Shown here piece after piece: positions 35,733 to 45,625 of a stretch of 64,000 bases of DNA. The stretch spans positions 1,312,001 to 1,376,000 of the forward strand of contig OZ242195.1 of assembly GCA_965205975.1 (NCBI GenBank), read 5' to 3'. A model generated the notes under the pieces. That model ran no database searches. It was not told the DNA's origin and saw only the letters and a program-made list of their open reading frames with translations. The DNA comes from Candidatus Latescibacterota bacterium. Lineage in GTDB: Bacteria; Latescibacterota; UBA2968. The translations under genes and the position numbers were made by a program. The first letter of the stretch is position 1. Each line of letters begins with the position of its first letter.

Positions 35733-37136
35733 TTATACAGTAAACTCTGGCCGGCCGAGGGCATCGGTGGAGTTTTGGCGCTGGTAGATGGGAATTTCGC
35801 CACCTGCATCTTCGAGTATGCGGTGTTTTGCCCGCGCGATTCTATCTGCGGCTCTTTCGGCGATGTTCTGAGTGCAGTCCGGGTCTGATGCCAGGTCGAA
35901 GACGCGTGGACGGGAAAAGTCCGCTTGAGAAAAGAACCAGGTGGTATTGTCTTTGTACCAGACGGAATTGCCGTAGCGGCAGGTCAGATAGTCTCGCTCG
36001 CTGAATGTGCCCGAGGATTCAACGATGGGTAGCAGGCTCTGTCCGTCAATTTGTCCAATCGGTGAGACGCCGGAAATGTCGAGCACTGTTGCGGGTATAT
36101 CGAGGGTATAGACAAAGGCGTCGGAGATGGTTCCGGCGCCTTTGTTTTGTGGGTGTCGCAAGATCATCGGGATGCACATGGTACCCGGATACATGTAGTC
36201 TGCGGGTTTGCCGATTATGCCTTCGGTATTGTCGGCGAAATTTGTACCGTGGTCGCTCAGGAAAATGACCATAGTATTGTCCCGCAAGCCCGCTCTGTCG
36301 ATTGTATCGACCAGTCGTCCAAACCAGGTATCTACCATTGTGACCAGTCCGGCGTAGTTAGCGCGAATAGAAGCGAGCCGATTTTCGTAGTCGGGATTGG
36401 CGCTCAAGGGGCCATAAGGCACGTTGAGACAGATGGGTACTCTGTCTTCGCGGCTACCATACAGGTCGTAGTAGTGGAGTGGTGCTTCCCATGTCTCGTG
36501 GGGAGTAAAGCTATCGACGTAGAGGTAAAAGGGCGTGTTTGAAGCGTTTTGCTCCAGAAACTCAATGGCAGCGCGAAACGTCCTCGCTGCGGGCCATGTC
36601 TCTTCGGGACGCTGGGGTTGCACATTGACCAGATGGGCGCGGATCAGGTTCTCGGCCTGTCCCTTTCGGAGTTTATAGCATCCGATCAATGCCGGGTCTG
36701 CTGCGGCTATGGCGCGATAGCGGTCCTCTGCCTGACCGCGAATGAATTGCCATTGGCGGAAGCCTCGCGTAAAATTCATTCCAGGGACAAAGTAATGGGG
36801 AACATCGGCAAAGAATCCGGTGTGATAACCAGCCTGGACCAGCGCTTCGGCGATTGTACCCTCATCACCCGACATGGGTTGCCATCCGGCGAGATAGACA
36901 TTGTCCCAGGGAACGGGACAATAGTCTTTGAAGGGAAAGGCCCGGCGCCCGGTGTGAAGGGTTCGCCGCGTCGGAATGGTGGGCAGACACTCGGGATGGG
37001 CATTGGTGAAACGCACGCCCTCTTCGGCAAACTGGTCGAGATTTGGCGTGTGGATCCAGTCGTTTCCATAAGCACCCAGGAATGATGTGCGAAATGTATC
37101 GGCTACGATGACGACGATGTTCATAGGGTCTGTCAT
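35733..37136 (-). CDS. Sulfatase-fold hydrolase (TxPxR variant)
   Basis: NIVVIVADTFR, TPNLD, PTIPTRRTLHTG, DSFTPHETW and FLSDHG. Confidence 0.88.
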   Translation of the reverse strand: MTDPMNIVVIVADTFRTSFLGAYGNDWIHTPNLDQFAEEGVRFTNAHPECLPTIPTRRTLHTGRRAFPFKDYCPVPWDNVYLAGWQPMSGDEGTIAEALVQAGYHTGFFADVPHYFVPGMNFTRGFRQWQFIRGQAEDRYRAIAAADPALIGCYKLRKGQAENLIRAHLVNVQPQRPEETWPAARTFRAAIEFLEQNASNTPFYLYVDSFTPHETWEAPLHYYDLYGSREDRVPICLNVPYGPLSANPDYENRLASIRANYAGLVTMVDTWFGRLVDTIDRAGLRDNTMVIFLSDHGTNFADNTEGIIGKPADYMYPGTMCIPMILRHPQNKGAGTISDAFVYTLDIPATVLDISGVSPIGQIDGQSLLPIVESSGTFSERDYLTCRYGNSVWYKDNTTWFFSQADFSRPRVFDLASDPDCTQNIAERAADRIARAKHRILEDAGGEIPIYQRQNSTDALGRPEFTV

Positions 37137-37324
37137 TGGGATCTCCTTTTCTATAAACGTATTTTACGTATCGGAATCCAAAGTAATATATCCAGCGACA
37201 AGAGTAAAGAACTGAAACACCAAGCAGGTCCAAACGAGATTCAAGACTTGCCCCACCCATGATTTTGCTTATTTTTCTAAGCAATTGATCTCAGAAGTAA
37301 TCACCTCAATATTGGAGTGTTAAT

Positions 37325-37765
37325 ATGGCAGTTAAACAGTTTGAACCCGGAGAAGCAAAAGCCGCGATGGATGAAGCGGAAAACTCTGTTTATCTCGATG
37401 TGCGCACGGAAATGGAGTTTGCCCAGGGGCATCCCGAAGGCGCTATCAATATCCCCATTGCGATTCCCGGCCCGGCGGGCATGGTACCAAATCCCGATTT
37501 TTTGACTGTTGTGCAAAAAACACTGCCCGATAAAGAACAGCCCATTTTTTGTGGCTGTCAGAGCGGGATGCGTTCCCAGATGGCCGCGGACTTGATGGCG
37601 CGGTTGGGGTATTCGAATCTCGCCAATGTTCAGGGTGGCTTTGGCGGAAAAGTCGAAAATGGCGTTCTCGTAGTGGTGGGATGGCGAGATTCCAATTTGC
37701 CTGTCGAAACCGATGTCAATGACTCCAATTCTTATGCGGGTATTAAGGCGCGGGCGGAATCGTAG
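37325..37765 (+). CDS. Rhodanese-like sulfurtransferase
   Basis: LDVRT..EF.QGHPEGAINIP and CQSGMRS. Confidence 0.92.
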   Translation: MAVKQFEPGEAKAAMDEAENSVYLDVRTEMEFAQGHPEGAINIPIAIPGPAGMVPNPDFLTVVQKTLPDKEQPIFCGCQSGMRSQMAADLMARLGYSNLANVQGGFGGKVENGVLVVVGWRDSNLPVETDVNDSNSYAGIKARAES

Positions 37766-37789
37766 CCCGATTATTTCCTTTGAAGGAGA

Positions 37790-38875
37790 ATGGAATATAG
37801 TTCTCCTTTTATTTTGTGGCAGAGTGAGTTACGAGTGATTAAAACAAAAGAATCACAAGCCAGAAAAGCATTTATTGACATGGCAGATTTGCATGTTGGC
37901 AGCCGGGTGCTGGATCTCGGCTGGGAGGGAGACTGTCTCGAATGCTTGCGGGAAACAGGTGCTCGAGTGACTTTTGTGGGGGAGGATATTCGCGCTGTGC
38001 AAAAGGCAGAAACACTTGGGATAAACGGGGTGCTCAGTGCAATGCCTGCGCAGGTGATTTCCGGCGCGCGTGTCGTATTTTACAAACCCGCACAAAGATC
38101 TGCCAAAGGTCAGGTATTTGAATGGATTGATCAGGGCTTTCAGGCGCTTGAAATGGGTGGCGCGCTTTATCTGACGGGTCAGCGAAATCGAGGCATTAGA
38201 AGTTATGCCGCGTATTTACATGCGGTTTTTGGCAATAGCAAGCGCGCAGGGCGCGTGGGCAGAGTGGAAATTTATAGCGCAAAAAAGGAGCAGGACGATC
38301 CTTGCCAAGCACCGATTGACAATCGAATGACATTTGAATTGTGCGATTTGCCGGGCAGTCCATATCGCGTTGAAACCCGTGCGGGCGTTTTTTCACGGGA
38401 TGGACTCGATAATGGGACGAGGTTGCTGATCAATTGCCTGAAAGTCCTTCCTGCAGACCATGTGCTGGACTGGGGGTGTGGCTGGGGCGCACTCGGCATG
38501 GTTGCTGCGCGTCTATCTGTAAAAGGCAGCGCAACGCTCGTCGATTCAAATATTCGCGCTGTTTCCTGCACAGAGGAAAATTTGAAACGCAACCAGATTT
38601 GCAATGTGGTAGTGCGAGTGGGAGATGCTCGCATTTGGGATCGGCGTGAGAAATTCGATCTTATTGTTTCCAACCCGCCCTTTCACGATGGCAATGCTGC
38701 GGCACACCCCCTTATTGAAGGTGCTTTTCGGGCATTGAGACCGGGAGGGCGTTTGATGCTTGTTGTGATGCGTCCAGAAGCGTATTTGAGACACATTCGC
38801 AGGATTTTTGGACAGGGGAAGATCATGGCGCAAAAAGATGGATATGTCGTTCTTGAGGCCCATATTGGGAACTAA
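37790..38875 (+). CDS. RsmC/MTS-like class I SAM methyltransferase
   Basis: GVFSRDGLDNGTRLL, LDWGCGWG and SNPPFH; tandem two-domain layout. Confidence 0.88.
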   Translation: MEYSSPFILWQSELRVIKTKESQARKAFIDMADLHVGSRVLDLGWEGDCLECLRETGARVTFVGEDIRAVQKAETLGINGVLSAMPAQVISGARVVFYKPAQRSAKGQVFEWIDQGFQALEMGGALYLTGQRNRGIRSYAAYLHAVFGNSKRAGRVGRVEIYSAKKEQDDPCQAPIDNRMTFELCDLPGSPYRVETRAGVFSRDGLDNGTRLLINCLKVLPADHVLDWGCGWGALGMVAARLSVKGSATLVDSNIRAVSCTEENLKRNQICNVVVRVGDARIWDRREKFDLIVSNPPFHDGNAAAHPLIEGAFRALRPGGRLMLVVMRPEAYLRHIRRIFGQGKIMAQKDGYVVLEAHIGN

Positions 38876-38925
38876 TGTATCACACAGGCGTTTATCGCAA
38901 TGAAGTATAAGGTCTGATAGTTTCA

Positions 38926-38995
38926 CGGGTTTCCGCAAGTGTTTGATCTGGTCCCCTCCCACCAGATTGGGCGTCTCGCGGAAGCCCGCTTTTTT
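38926..38995 (+). terminator. Long hairpin with U-tract
   Basis: CGGGTTTCCGC...ATCTGGT-loop-ACCAGAT...GCGGAAGCCCG followed by CTTTTTT. Confidence 0.65.
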
Positions 38996-39045
38996 GTGGT
39001 TGACACATCCATTTTCAGAGCGTTAATTCTCTCCCGCCAAAAGGC

Positions 39046-39074
39046 TTGACAGCCCGGAACTCCGGTTGTATTCT
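39046..39074 (+). promoter_or_regulatory. Sigma70-type promoter of the second molybdoenzyme operon
   Basis: TTGACA-17 bp-TATTCT. Confidence 0.65.
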
Positions 39075-39100
39075 TAGACTTCTCAGAAAAATTCAAAAGC

Positions 39101-39142
39101 ATCCGCAGATGAATGGGTAATGGACGCAGATAAAATCTGTGG
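39101..39142 (+). repeat. CGCAGAT repeat, copy 3, with inverted arm
   Basis: ATCCGCAGATGAATGGGTAATGGACGCAGATAAAATCTGTGG. Confidence 0.75.
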
Positions 39143-39165
39143 TTTTAATAAAGAGGAGGAAAATT

Positions 39166-40041
39166 TTGAACGCATTTGATTATGAATCACCCCAGTCTGT
39201 AGATGAGGCTATTTCTCTGCTCAGTGCGGGAAATGGCAATATCGGCATTCTGGCGGGTGGCACGGACTTGATCGCGCAGTTGAAGGAGGGGCGCAAGATC
39301 GATTTGATGATCGATCTCAAGCAGATTCCCGAAGCAACTGTGTTGAGTTTTGATGAGGAAAGCGGTTTGAGTATTGGCGCGGCAACATCGTGTTCCAAAA
39401 TTTACAGTTACGATGTTGTCCAAAGCCGTTATCCCGCTCTTGTAGATTGTACTTCACTCATCGGTTCTATTCAGATTCAAAACCGCGGATCTGTTGGGGG
39501 CAATTTCTGCAATGCCTCACCCGCAGCGGACACCCCACCTGCTGTCATTGTCCTGGGCGGCACATGTCGTATTGCGGGGCCAAATGGCACGCGAGAAGTT
39601 GCTGCAGAGGATTTCTTTACTGGTCCAGGGCAAAGTGTTCTTCAATCCGGCGAGTTTCTCATTTCTATTCAGGTGCCAACTCCGGCTGCCAATTCGGGAG
39701 CGTTTTTCCTGCGATTTATTCCACGCAATGAAATGGATATTGCTGTGGCCAATGCTGCGGCATCTGTGGTTTTGGACAGCGGTAAAACGACTATTCAAGA
39801 AGCGCGGGTGGCAATTGGAGCTGTCGCTCCCACACCCTTACTCGTTGCCGATGCAGGCGCAGCACTTGAGGGAAAAGCGGTAGATGATGAAGACGCAATA
39901 GAAGCGGCGTGTGCGGCATCGCGCGCTGCAGCCAGACCAATTAGCGATATGCGGGGAACTATCGAACAGCGGATTCACCTGTCCGGCGTTTTGACGCGCC
40001 GCGCCATTCAGGGAGCCATTCAGAGAGCAAAGGAGTCTTGA
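39166..40041 (+). CDS. FAD subunit (CoxM-like) of a xanthine-dehydrogenase-family enzyme
   Basis: LAGGTDL and QIQNRGSVGGNFCNASPAAD; GAGGAGG RBS with TTG start. Confidence 0.93.
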   Translation: MNAFDYESPQSVDEAISLLSAGNGNIGILAGGTDLIAQLKEGRKIDLMIDLKQIPEATVLSFDEESGLSIGAATSCSKIYSYDVVQSRYPALVDCTSLIGSIQIQNRGSVGGNFCNASPAADTPPAVIVLGGTCRIAGPNGTREVAAEDFFTGPGQSVLQSGEFLISIQVPTPAANSGAFFLRFIPRNEMDIAVANAAASVVLDSGKTTIQEARVAIGAVAPTPLLVADAGAALEGKAVDDEDAIEAACAASRAAARPISDMRGTIEQRIHLSGVLTRRAIQGAIQRAKES

Positions 40042-40045
40042 TCGC

Positions 40046-40522
40046 ATGCCAGGAAAAGTTCACGTTACAACGACAATTAATGGAGAATCAGTCGAGTTTT
40101 TGTGCGAACCTCGGCAGACAATTCTCGAAGTTTTGCGGGATCAACTCGATCTTACGGGCACGAAAGAGGGTTGCAGCAATGGCAACTGCGGTGCGTGCAG
40201 CATACTGGTCAATGGAGAGGTTATCGATTCTTGCCTGATGATGGGAGTTGAAGCCGAGGGGCAGGAACTCACGACTATCGAAGGTGTTGCAAGTGCCGAT
40301 GGTTTGCATCCTCTGCAGCAGAAATTTCTCGAACACGCAGCTCTTCAGTGCGGCATTTGCACGCCGGGCTTTATTGTAGCCGCCAAGGCATTGCTCGATC
40401 AAGAGTCTGATCCTTCGGAAGAACGCATTCGGTTATACTTAGCGGGGAATTTGTGCCGTTGCACGGGGTATGACAAAATCGTTCGCGCGGTGCAAGACGC
40501 CGCGTCTGAAATGGCCGAATAG
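40046..40522 (+). CDS. [2Fe-2S] subunit (CoxS-like)
   Basis: GCSNGNCGAC, QCGICTPG and NLCRCTGY. Confidence 0.95.
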   Translation: MPGKVHVTTTINGESVEFLCEPRQTILEVLRDQLDLTGTKEGCSNGNCGACSILVNGEVIDSCLMMGVEAEGQELTTIEGVASADGLHPLQQKFLEHAALQCGICTPGFIVAAKALLDQESDPSEERIRLYLAGNLCRCTGYDKIVRAVQDAASEMAE

Positions 40523-40537
40523 GGAGGTGATCCCATA

Positions 40538-42832
40538 ATGGCGACAAAAACAGAAGATTATCTGGGAATTACGGATTACAAAGTTATTGGCACTCGCCCG
40601 ATCCGACACGATGGCGTCGATAAAGTCATCGGACGAGCCAAATACGGCGCAGATATCGATATGGCGGGTATGTTGCACGGGGCAGTTGTGCGCAGTCCGC
40701 ACGCACATGCGCGGGTCAAATCGATAAATACCAGTAAGGCGGAAGCACTTGCAGGTGTAAAAGCCGTGATCACGGTTGACGACCTGCCTTTGCAAGAAGA
40801 CAAAATTGAAGACCTGGGTGAAGGAGCCGCAAATCTCCGGCATCTGCGCGCAAATGTACTGGCCGATGGTAAGGTATTGTACCACGGGCATGCAGTGGCT
40901 GCGGTTGCGGCAACAGATATTCACACGGCGCAAGAAGCCGTCGATTTAATCGATGTCGAATACGAGGTGTTGCAACCCGTTCTAACTGTCCAGGAGGCCA
41001 TGAAAGAAGACGCGCCTTTGCTTCTGGAAGACCAGACTACGCAGTCGCTGGGCGAAGATACGGGACACAAGAGCAATGTGTGTACCCATTTTCGCCACGA
41101 ATTGGGCGACGTGGAGAGGGGATTTGCAGAGGCGGAACTCGTCATTGAGCGAGAATTTGATACGGCGACGGTTCACCAGGGGTATATTGAACCGCAAAAT
41201 GCCACAGCCTTGTGGAGTGCCGATGATCAGATCACGGTGTGGTGCAGCACGCAGGGTGCTTTTACCGTGCGCGAACAGACCGCGCAGATATTAGACGTAC
41301 CGGTTTCTCAGGTCAAGGTTGTTCCCCTGGAAATTGGCGGTGGATTTGGAGGCAAAATCCGGATTTATCTCGAACCCCTCGCTGCAATCTTGTCGAGAAA
41401 GACGGGGCGCCCCGTCAAGATGGTCATGAGCCGCACAGAAGTTTTACAGGCTACTGGACCGACTGCTGGATCTTTTATCAAGTGCAAAATGGGGGTTGAC
41501 AAAGCGGGTAAGCTCGTCGCTGCATATGCGTATATGGCGTATGAGTCGGGTGGTTTTCCCGGTAGTTGGGCAGCTCCAGGCGCCATGTGCATTTTCGCAC
41601 CCTACAATATTCCCAATGTGTTGATTGACGGGTACGAAGTGCTGGTCAATAAACCGCAGACTATGGCTTATCGGGCACCCGGCGCGACCAATGCCGCTTT
41701 TGCTTCAGAAACGATTATCGATGAGCTTTGCGAACAATTGGATGTCGATCCACTCGAGTTTCGGCTCAAAAACTCTGCCAGAGAAGGCACGCGTCGCGCA
41801 GATGGTCCGGTTTATCCGCGAATTGGTAACGAGGAATGTGTCAAAACAGCTCTGTCTTCAGAGCACTACGCGGCGCAACTCAGTGGTAAAAACCGGGGGC
41901 GCGGGATTGCTTCGGGCTTCTGGTTCAACGTAGGTTTGAAGTCGAGTGCTGCTGCCAGTGTAAATTCCGATGGCACGGTCAGTCTGGTTGAGGGTTCTAC
42001 GGATATTGGCGGAACCCGAACGTCTATTGCGATGCAATTGGCCGAAGTACTCGGTATCCGGGCCGAAGATGTCAAGCCACAGGTGGCTGATACGGATTCT
42101 ATCGGCGATACGGATGTGACTGGGGGAAGTCGCACGACATTTGCTACGGGGTGGGCGGCCTATCAGTGCGCCCTGGATATCAAAGAGCAGTTGATTGAAC
42201 GCGCGGCAAAATTGTGGGAGATTTCGACTGATGATGTGGTTTTTGACGATGGTACATTTTCTTCATCTGATTCTTCTAAAACAGTCTCGTTCAAAGAATT
42301 GGCCGGAATGCTTGACGAAACCGGTGGTCCCGTTATGGGTAGGGCAACCGTAAATCCGTCCGGCGTGGGCGGTGCTTTTGCGGTAATGATTGTCGATATT
42401 GAGGTCGATACGGAAACGGGTAAAGTGGAAATTTTGCGCGTCTCTATGATTCAAGATGCTGGCAAGGCTGTTTATCCCAGTTACGTCGAAGGACAAATGC
42501 AGGGAGGCACAGCACAGGGCATTGGCTGGGCACTCAACGAAGAATACGCCTATAATCGGGATGGACTTTTGACAAATGCGAGTTTACTCGATTATCGGAT
42601 GCCCACGTGTCTCGATTTGCCCATGATTGAAACCCATATCGTCGAAGTGCCAAATCCCGGTCATCCCTATGGTGTGCGAGGGGTGGGGGAAGTGCCGATT
42701 GTTCCACCTGCTGCTGCAGTTGCAAATGCGATTTACGATGCTGTGGGTGTGAGAATGACGAATTTGCCCATGTCGCCAGGCGAAGTTCTCAAAGCGTTAT
42801 GGTCCAAAAATGGAGAGAATGGGACAGCCTGA
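40538..42832 (+). CDS. Molybdopterin subunit, xanthine dehydrogenase family
   Basis: HQGYIEP, GGGFGGK, AYRAPG and GVRGVGE. Confidence 0.95.
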   Translation: MATKTEDYLGITDYKVIGTRPIRHDGVDKVIGRAKYGADIDMAGMLHGAVVRSPHAHARVKSINTSKAEALAGVKAVITVDDLPLQEDKIEDLGEGAANLRHLRANVLADGKVLYHGHAVAAVAATDIHTAQEAVDLIDVEYEVLQPVLTVQEAMKEDAPLLLEDQTTQSLGEDTGHKSNVCTHFRHELGDVERGFAEAELVIEREFDTATVHQGYIEPQNATALWSADDQITVWCSTQGAFTVREQTAQILDVPVSQVKVVPLEIGGGFGGKIRIYLEPLAAILSRKTGRPVKMVMSRTEVLQATGPTAGSFIKCKMGVDKAGKLVAAYAYMAYESGGFPGSWAAPGAMCIFAPYNIPNVLIDGYEVLVNKPQTMAYRAPGATNAAFASETIIDELCEQLDVDPLEFRLKNSAREGTRRADGPVYPRIGNEECVKTALSSEHYAAQLSGKNRGRGIASGFWFNVGLKSSAAASVNSDGTVSLVEGSTDIGGTRTSIAMQLAEVLGIRAEDVKPQVADTDSIGDTDVTGGSRTTFATGWAAYQCALDIKEQLIERAAKLWEISTDDVVFDDGTFSSSDSSKTVSFKELAGMLDETGGPVMGRATVNPSGVGGAFAVMIVDIEVDTETGKVEILRVSMIQDAGKAVYPSYVEGQMQGGTAQGIGWALNEEYAYNRDGLLTNASLLDYRMPTCLDLPMIETHIVEVPNPGHPYGVRGVGEVPIVPPAAAVANAIYDAVGVRMTNLPMSPGEVLKALWSKNGENGTA

Positions 42833-42874
42833 TTTGTGTGTTTCTGAATAGACATCCAATCCAAAGGGGGTAAC

Positions 42875-43468
42875 ATGAATCGAGTGATTTCAATATTAGC
42901 TGCCTGGGGACTGGCAGCCCTGATGGTGCTGTGTGTTCCTCAGATGGCCAATGCCCTGGGGTTGGGGGTCAAAGCGGGTGTGAGTCTGACGCGCGAACAG
43001 CAGTTTGATACCTTTTATGGCATGGGGGGGCAATTTGACTCTCACCGATGGATGCTTGGAGGCAATCTCGATCTGGGATCCGTTATATTGCCCAAATTGC
43101 ATCTGCTGCCTGGCATGGATATCGCGGTACAAGAAAATTTGCGCGTTTATGTCGTCAATCTGGATGTCGTTTACTTTTTTCATCAGACTCCGGTCAGTCG
43201 GGCCTATGTTGGCGGTGGTTTTGGAACCCACTTCTTTCGCCCCACAACAGCGTCCATAGAGCCAGATCCAGTAGTAGAGGCGTCGGAAGATATCGTCCTT
43301 GAGGGCCCGCAAAACGACACCAAAATCAGCGTAAATTTGCCCTTGGGGTATCGGCGCAAATTGGGGCCGGGGTTGTCCTGGTTTGGCGAAATAAAACTCA
43401 TCATTGCCGACGATGAGAAAGATAGCGCATTGCAATTCACAATTGGTTTTCACTTTGGTAACGAATAG
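42875..43468 (+). CDS. Small outer-membrane beta-barrel-like protein
   Basis: Signal peptide, amphipathic strands, YVGGGFG and a C-terminal FTIGFHF strand. Confidence 0.7.
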   Translation: MNRVISILAAWGLAALMVLCVPQMANALGLGVKAGVSLTREQQFDTFYGMGGQFDSHRWMLGGNLDLGSVILPKLHLLPGMDIAVQENLRVYVVNLDVVYFFHQTPVSRAYVGGGFGTHFFRPTTASIEPDPVVEASEDIVLEGPQNDTKISVNLPLGYRRKLGPGLSWFGEIKLIIADDEKDSALQFTIGFHFGNE

Positions 43469-43477
43469 GAAGGATTT

Positions 43478-43576
43478 ATGGCGAGTAGTGAACGCAGAAA
43501 AGAGCTTCGTCGAAGGCGACAGAGGCGAAAAAAACGCCTTAAAGCACGTCGTCGAGAAGGAAGAAGTGGGAAGTAA
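43478..43576 (+). CDS. 32-aa arginine-rich microprotein
   Basis: Hand translation MASSERRKELRRRRQRRKKRLKARRREGRSGK with AGGAAGGA RBS; below the ORF-track cutoff. Confidence 0.7.
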   Translation: MASSERRKELRRRRQRRKKRLKARRREGRSGK

Positions 43577-43701
43577 GAACTAATAATGGGCATGGCGGTT
43601 AAAACGAATAGATAATAAGAACCCTTGCCATATATGCGATTTTTTGTACATTAGTATGGAATAAATCAGACCCGTAGTGTCATTTTTCAGGAGGTTTTTC
43701 A

Positions 43702-44067
43702 ATGGCTAATCCCAAAGTCATCGCCTATTTGAAGCCAGTCTGTGGTTGGAGCGGTGGTGTGCGCGCTGTTCTGGCAAAATATGGACTGGAATACGAAGAC
43801 CGCGATATTATTAACAATCCCAATAACTATCGCGAGATGGTTATGAAGAGTGGACAACCCTTACAGCCCTGCGTGCAGGTTGGGGATACGATGCTGGCTG
43901 ATATCAGCGGTGATGAGTTGGAAGGTTGGTTAATCGAAAATGGGTACCAACCCGCAGGTCCAGACGCAACGGTTCCGACAGATCGTTCCTGTACAGATGA
44001 AGAACATGAAGCAATGGCGCGCGCAGCACAGCAACCGACTATTGCCAACCCTCACTTTGGTAGATAA
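43702..44067 (+). CDS. Glutaredoxin-like protein (monothiol CGWS)
   Basis: YLKPVCGWS and SGQPLQPCV; AGGAGG RBS. Confidence 0.85.
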   Translation: MANPKVIAYLKPVCGWSGGVRAVLAKYGLEYEDRDIINNPNNYREMVMKSGQPLQPCVQVGDTMLADISGDELEGWLIENGYQPAGPDATVPTDRSCTDEEHEAMARAAQQPTIANPHFGR

Positions 44068-44093
44068 AAACAAGGTGATGGTTTTTTACAGCG

Positions 44094-44123
44094 AGGCGAT
44101 CCTCAGGGGTCGCCTTTTTTTTT
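44094..44123 (+). terminator. Intrinsic terminator
   Basis: AGGCGATCC-TCAG-GGGTCGCCT followed by T8. Confidence 0.85.
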
Positions 44124-44159
44124 GAATAAGAGCCATTTGCAAACACTTTTATATTTACT

Positions 44160-44840
44160 ATGCAAACGCGCGTCCTCGAAAAAGAGATTGCAGGATGTAC
44201 CCTGTGCAAACGTCTGGTCGAATACTGCCGCACCTTTGATCTGGCGGAAAATCGCAAAATTGGCGATTGCGATTACTGGGCAAAACCCGTTCCGGGGTTT
44301 GGAGATGTCAATGCAGAATTGCTCATTATTGGTCTGGCTCCCGGCGCACACGGAGCCAATCGCACGGGCAGGCCATTTACAGGCGATGGCGCGGGCGATG
44401 TGCTTTACCGCGCACTCTTCCAGCACGGTTTTGCCAACCGGGAAACAGCGATTGATCTCCATGACGGAATGCGTCTGGACAATGTGTATATCACCAATGC
44501 CGTAAAGTGTGTTCCGCCTCAAAATCGCCCCAATGCTGAAGAGAAGCGTACCTGTCTCGACTGGCTGGCGCAGGAGATGACCGTCTTGTCTCGGGTGAAA
44601 ATCGTTCTGGCGATGGGCAGAGATGCGTTTGAAAGTTATATTCGGCTGGAGAGGGCAGCAGGGCGTGTGACGAGGCTGAACGCCTATCGTTTCCAACACG
44701 GTGGCGTGTATCAGTTGGACGATAAGATTCTCGTGGCGACTTACCATTTTAGTCGCTACAATATGAATACGGGCGTGCTGACAGAAGACATGATCGATGG
44801 GTTGTTTCAGCGCGTGTGCGCGTTGCTGTGTGAAGTGTGA
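44160..44840 (+). CDS. Uracil-DNA glycosylase family 5 (UdgB-like, Fe-S)
   Basis: CTLCKRL, YWAKPVPGFGD and GLAPGAHGANRTGRPFTGD. Confidence 0.92.
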   Translation: MQTRVLEKEIAGCTLCKRLVEYCRTFDLAENRKIGDCDYWAKPVPGFGDVNAELLIIGLAPGAHGANRTGRPFTGDGAGDVLYRALFQHGFANRETAIDLHDGMRLDNVYITNAVKCVPPQNRPNAEEKRTCLDWLAQEMTVLSRVKIVLAMGRDAFESYIRLERAAGRVTRLNAYRFQHGGVYQLDDKILVATYHFSRYNMNTGVLTEDMIDGLFQRVCALLCEV

Positions 44841-44870
44841 TCCGCAGATGACGCAGATGGACGCAGATAA
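44832..44870 (+). repeat. CGCAGAT repeat, copy 4
   Basis: GAAGTGTGATCCGCAGATGACGCAGATGGACGCAGATAA; supplies the glycosylase stop codon. Confidence 0.9.
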
Positions 44871-44912
44871 AAAGAGGCACTGGAGACTGGAGGGTTGAGT
44901 GGTTGGGACTGA

Positions 44913-45464
44913 CTATTGATCATTGACTACTGACTTGGGTGGCTCCAGCACAGCGATGTAGGGAAGATTGCGATAGGCCTGGTTGTAGTCGAGACCGTAG
45001 CCCACTACAAACTGATCCGGAATGGTGAAACCACAGTGATGAATGGGGACGGGGACGATTCTGCGGTCTGGTTTATCCAGGAGGGTGCAAATACTGAGAC
45101 TGCGTGGATTTCTGCCCTTTAATAATGTGAGAAGTGCAGAGATCGTGCGCCCGGTATCGACGATGTCTTCGACGATGATTACATGGCGATCGGCAATTTC
45201 ACGACTGAGGTCTTTTTTGAATGTCACTGTGCCCGAGCTGCTTGTACCGACATAACTCGAAATCGCAATGAAATCAATTTCAATGGGGCAGCTTATCGCG
45301 TGCGAAAGATCGACCAAAAAGTAGAGAGCGCCTGTTAAAATACCCACGAGAATAACACCGTCTGGATACTGTGCGGAAATTTCGGCACCGAGTTCACAAA
45401 CGCGGTTTTGGATTGCTTTTTCGTCAAGTAATATAGAACTGTGATGAGAATCAAAAACCTGCAC
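44913..45464 (-). CDS. hpt: Hypoxanthine phosphoribosyltransferase
   Basis: VIIVEDIVDTGRT, LLDKP and FVVGYGLDY..YRNLPYI; AAGGAGG RBS. Confidence 0.96.
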   Translation of the reverse strand: MQVFDSHHSSILLDEKAIQNRVCELGAEISAQYPDGVILVGILTGALYFLVDLSHAISCPIEIDFIAISSYVGTSSSGTVTFKKDLSREIADRHVIIVEDIVDTGRTISALLTLLKGRNPRSLSICTLLDKPDRRIVPVPIHHCGFTIPDQFVVGYGLDYNQAYRNLPYIAVLEPPKSVVNDQ

Positions 45465-45575
45465 TTGATAAACCTCCTTGTGGTGGAAAGATGGTATAAA
45501 TTAAACGATTTATTTTTTTAGTCAAACCCCATTGGGGCTAACTCATACCCATCAAGCAGTATTTGAAGGAATCCC

Positions 45576-45604
45576 TTGATTCAGATTTGTAAAAATGCTA
45601 TATT
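45576..45604 (+). promoter_or_regulatory. Sigma70-type promoter upstream of the mutL leader
   Basis: TTGATT-17 bp-TATATT. Confidence 0.5.
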
Positions 45605-45625
45605 TGCGTCGAAGCTTGTGCTTCA

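Noticed and set aside
39166..42832. Aerobic CO dehydrogenase coxMSL
   Set aside because: The active-site loop is AYRAPG, lacking the Cu-binding Cys, and no cox accessory genes are adjacent.
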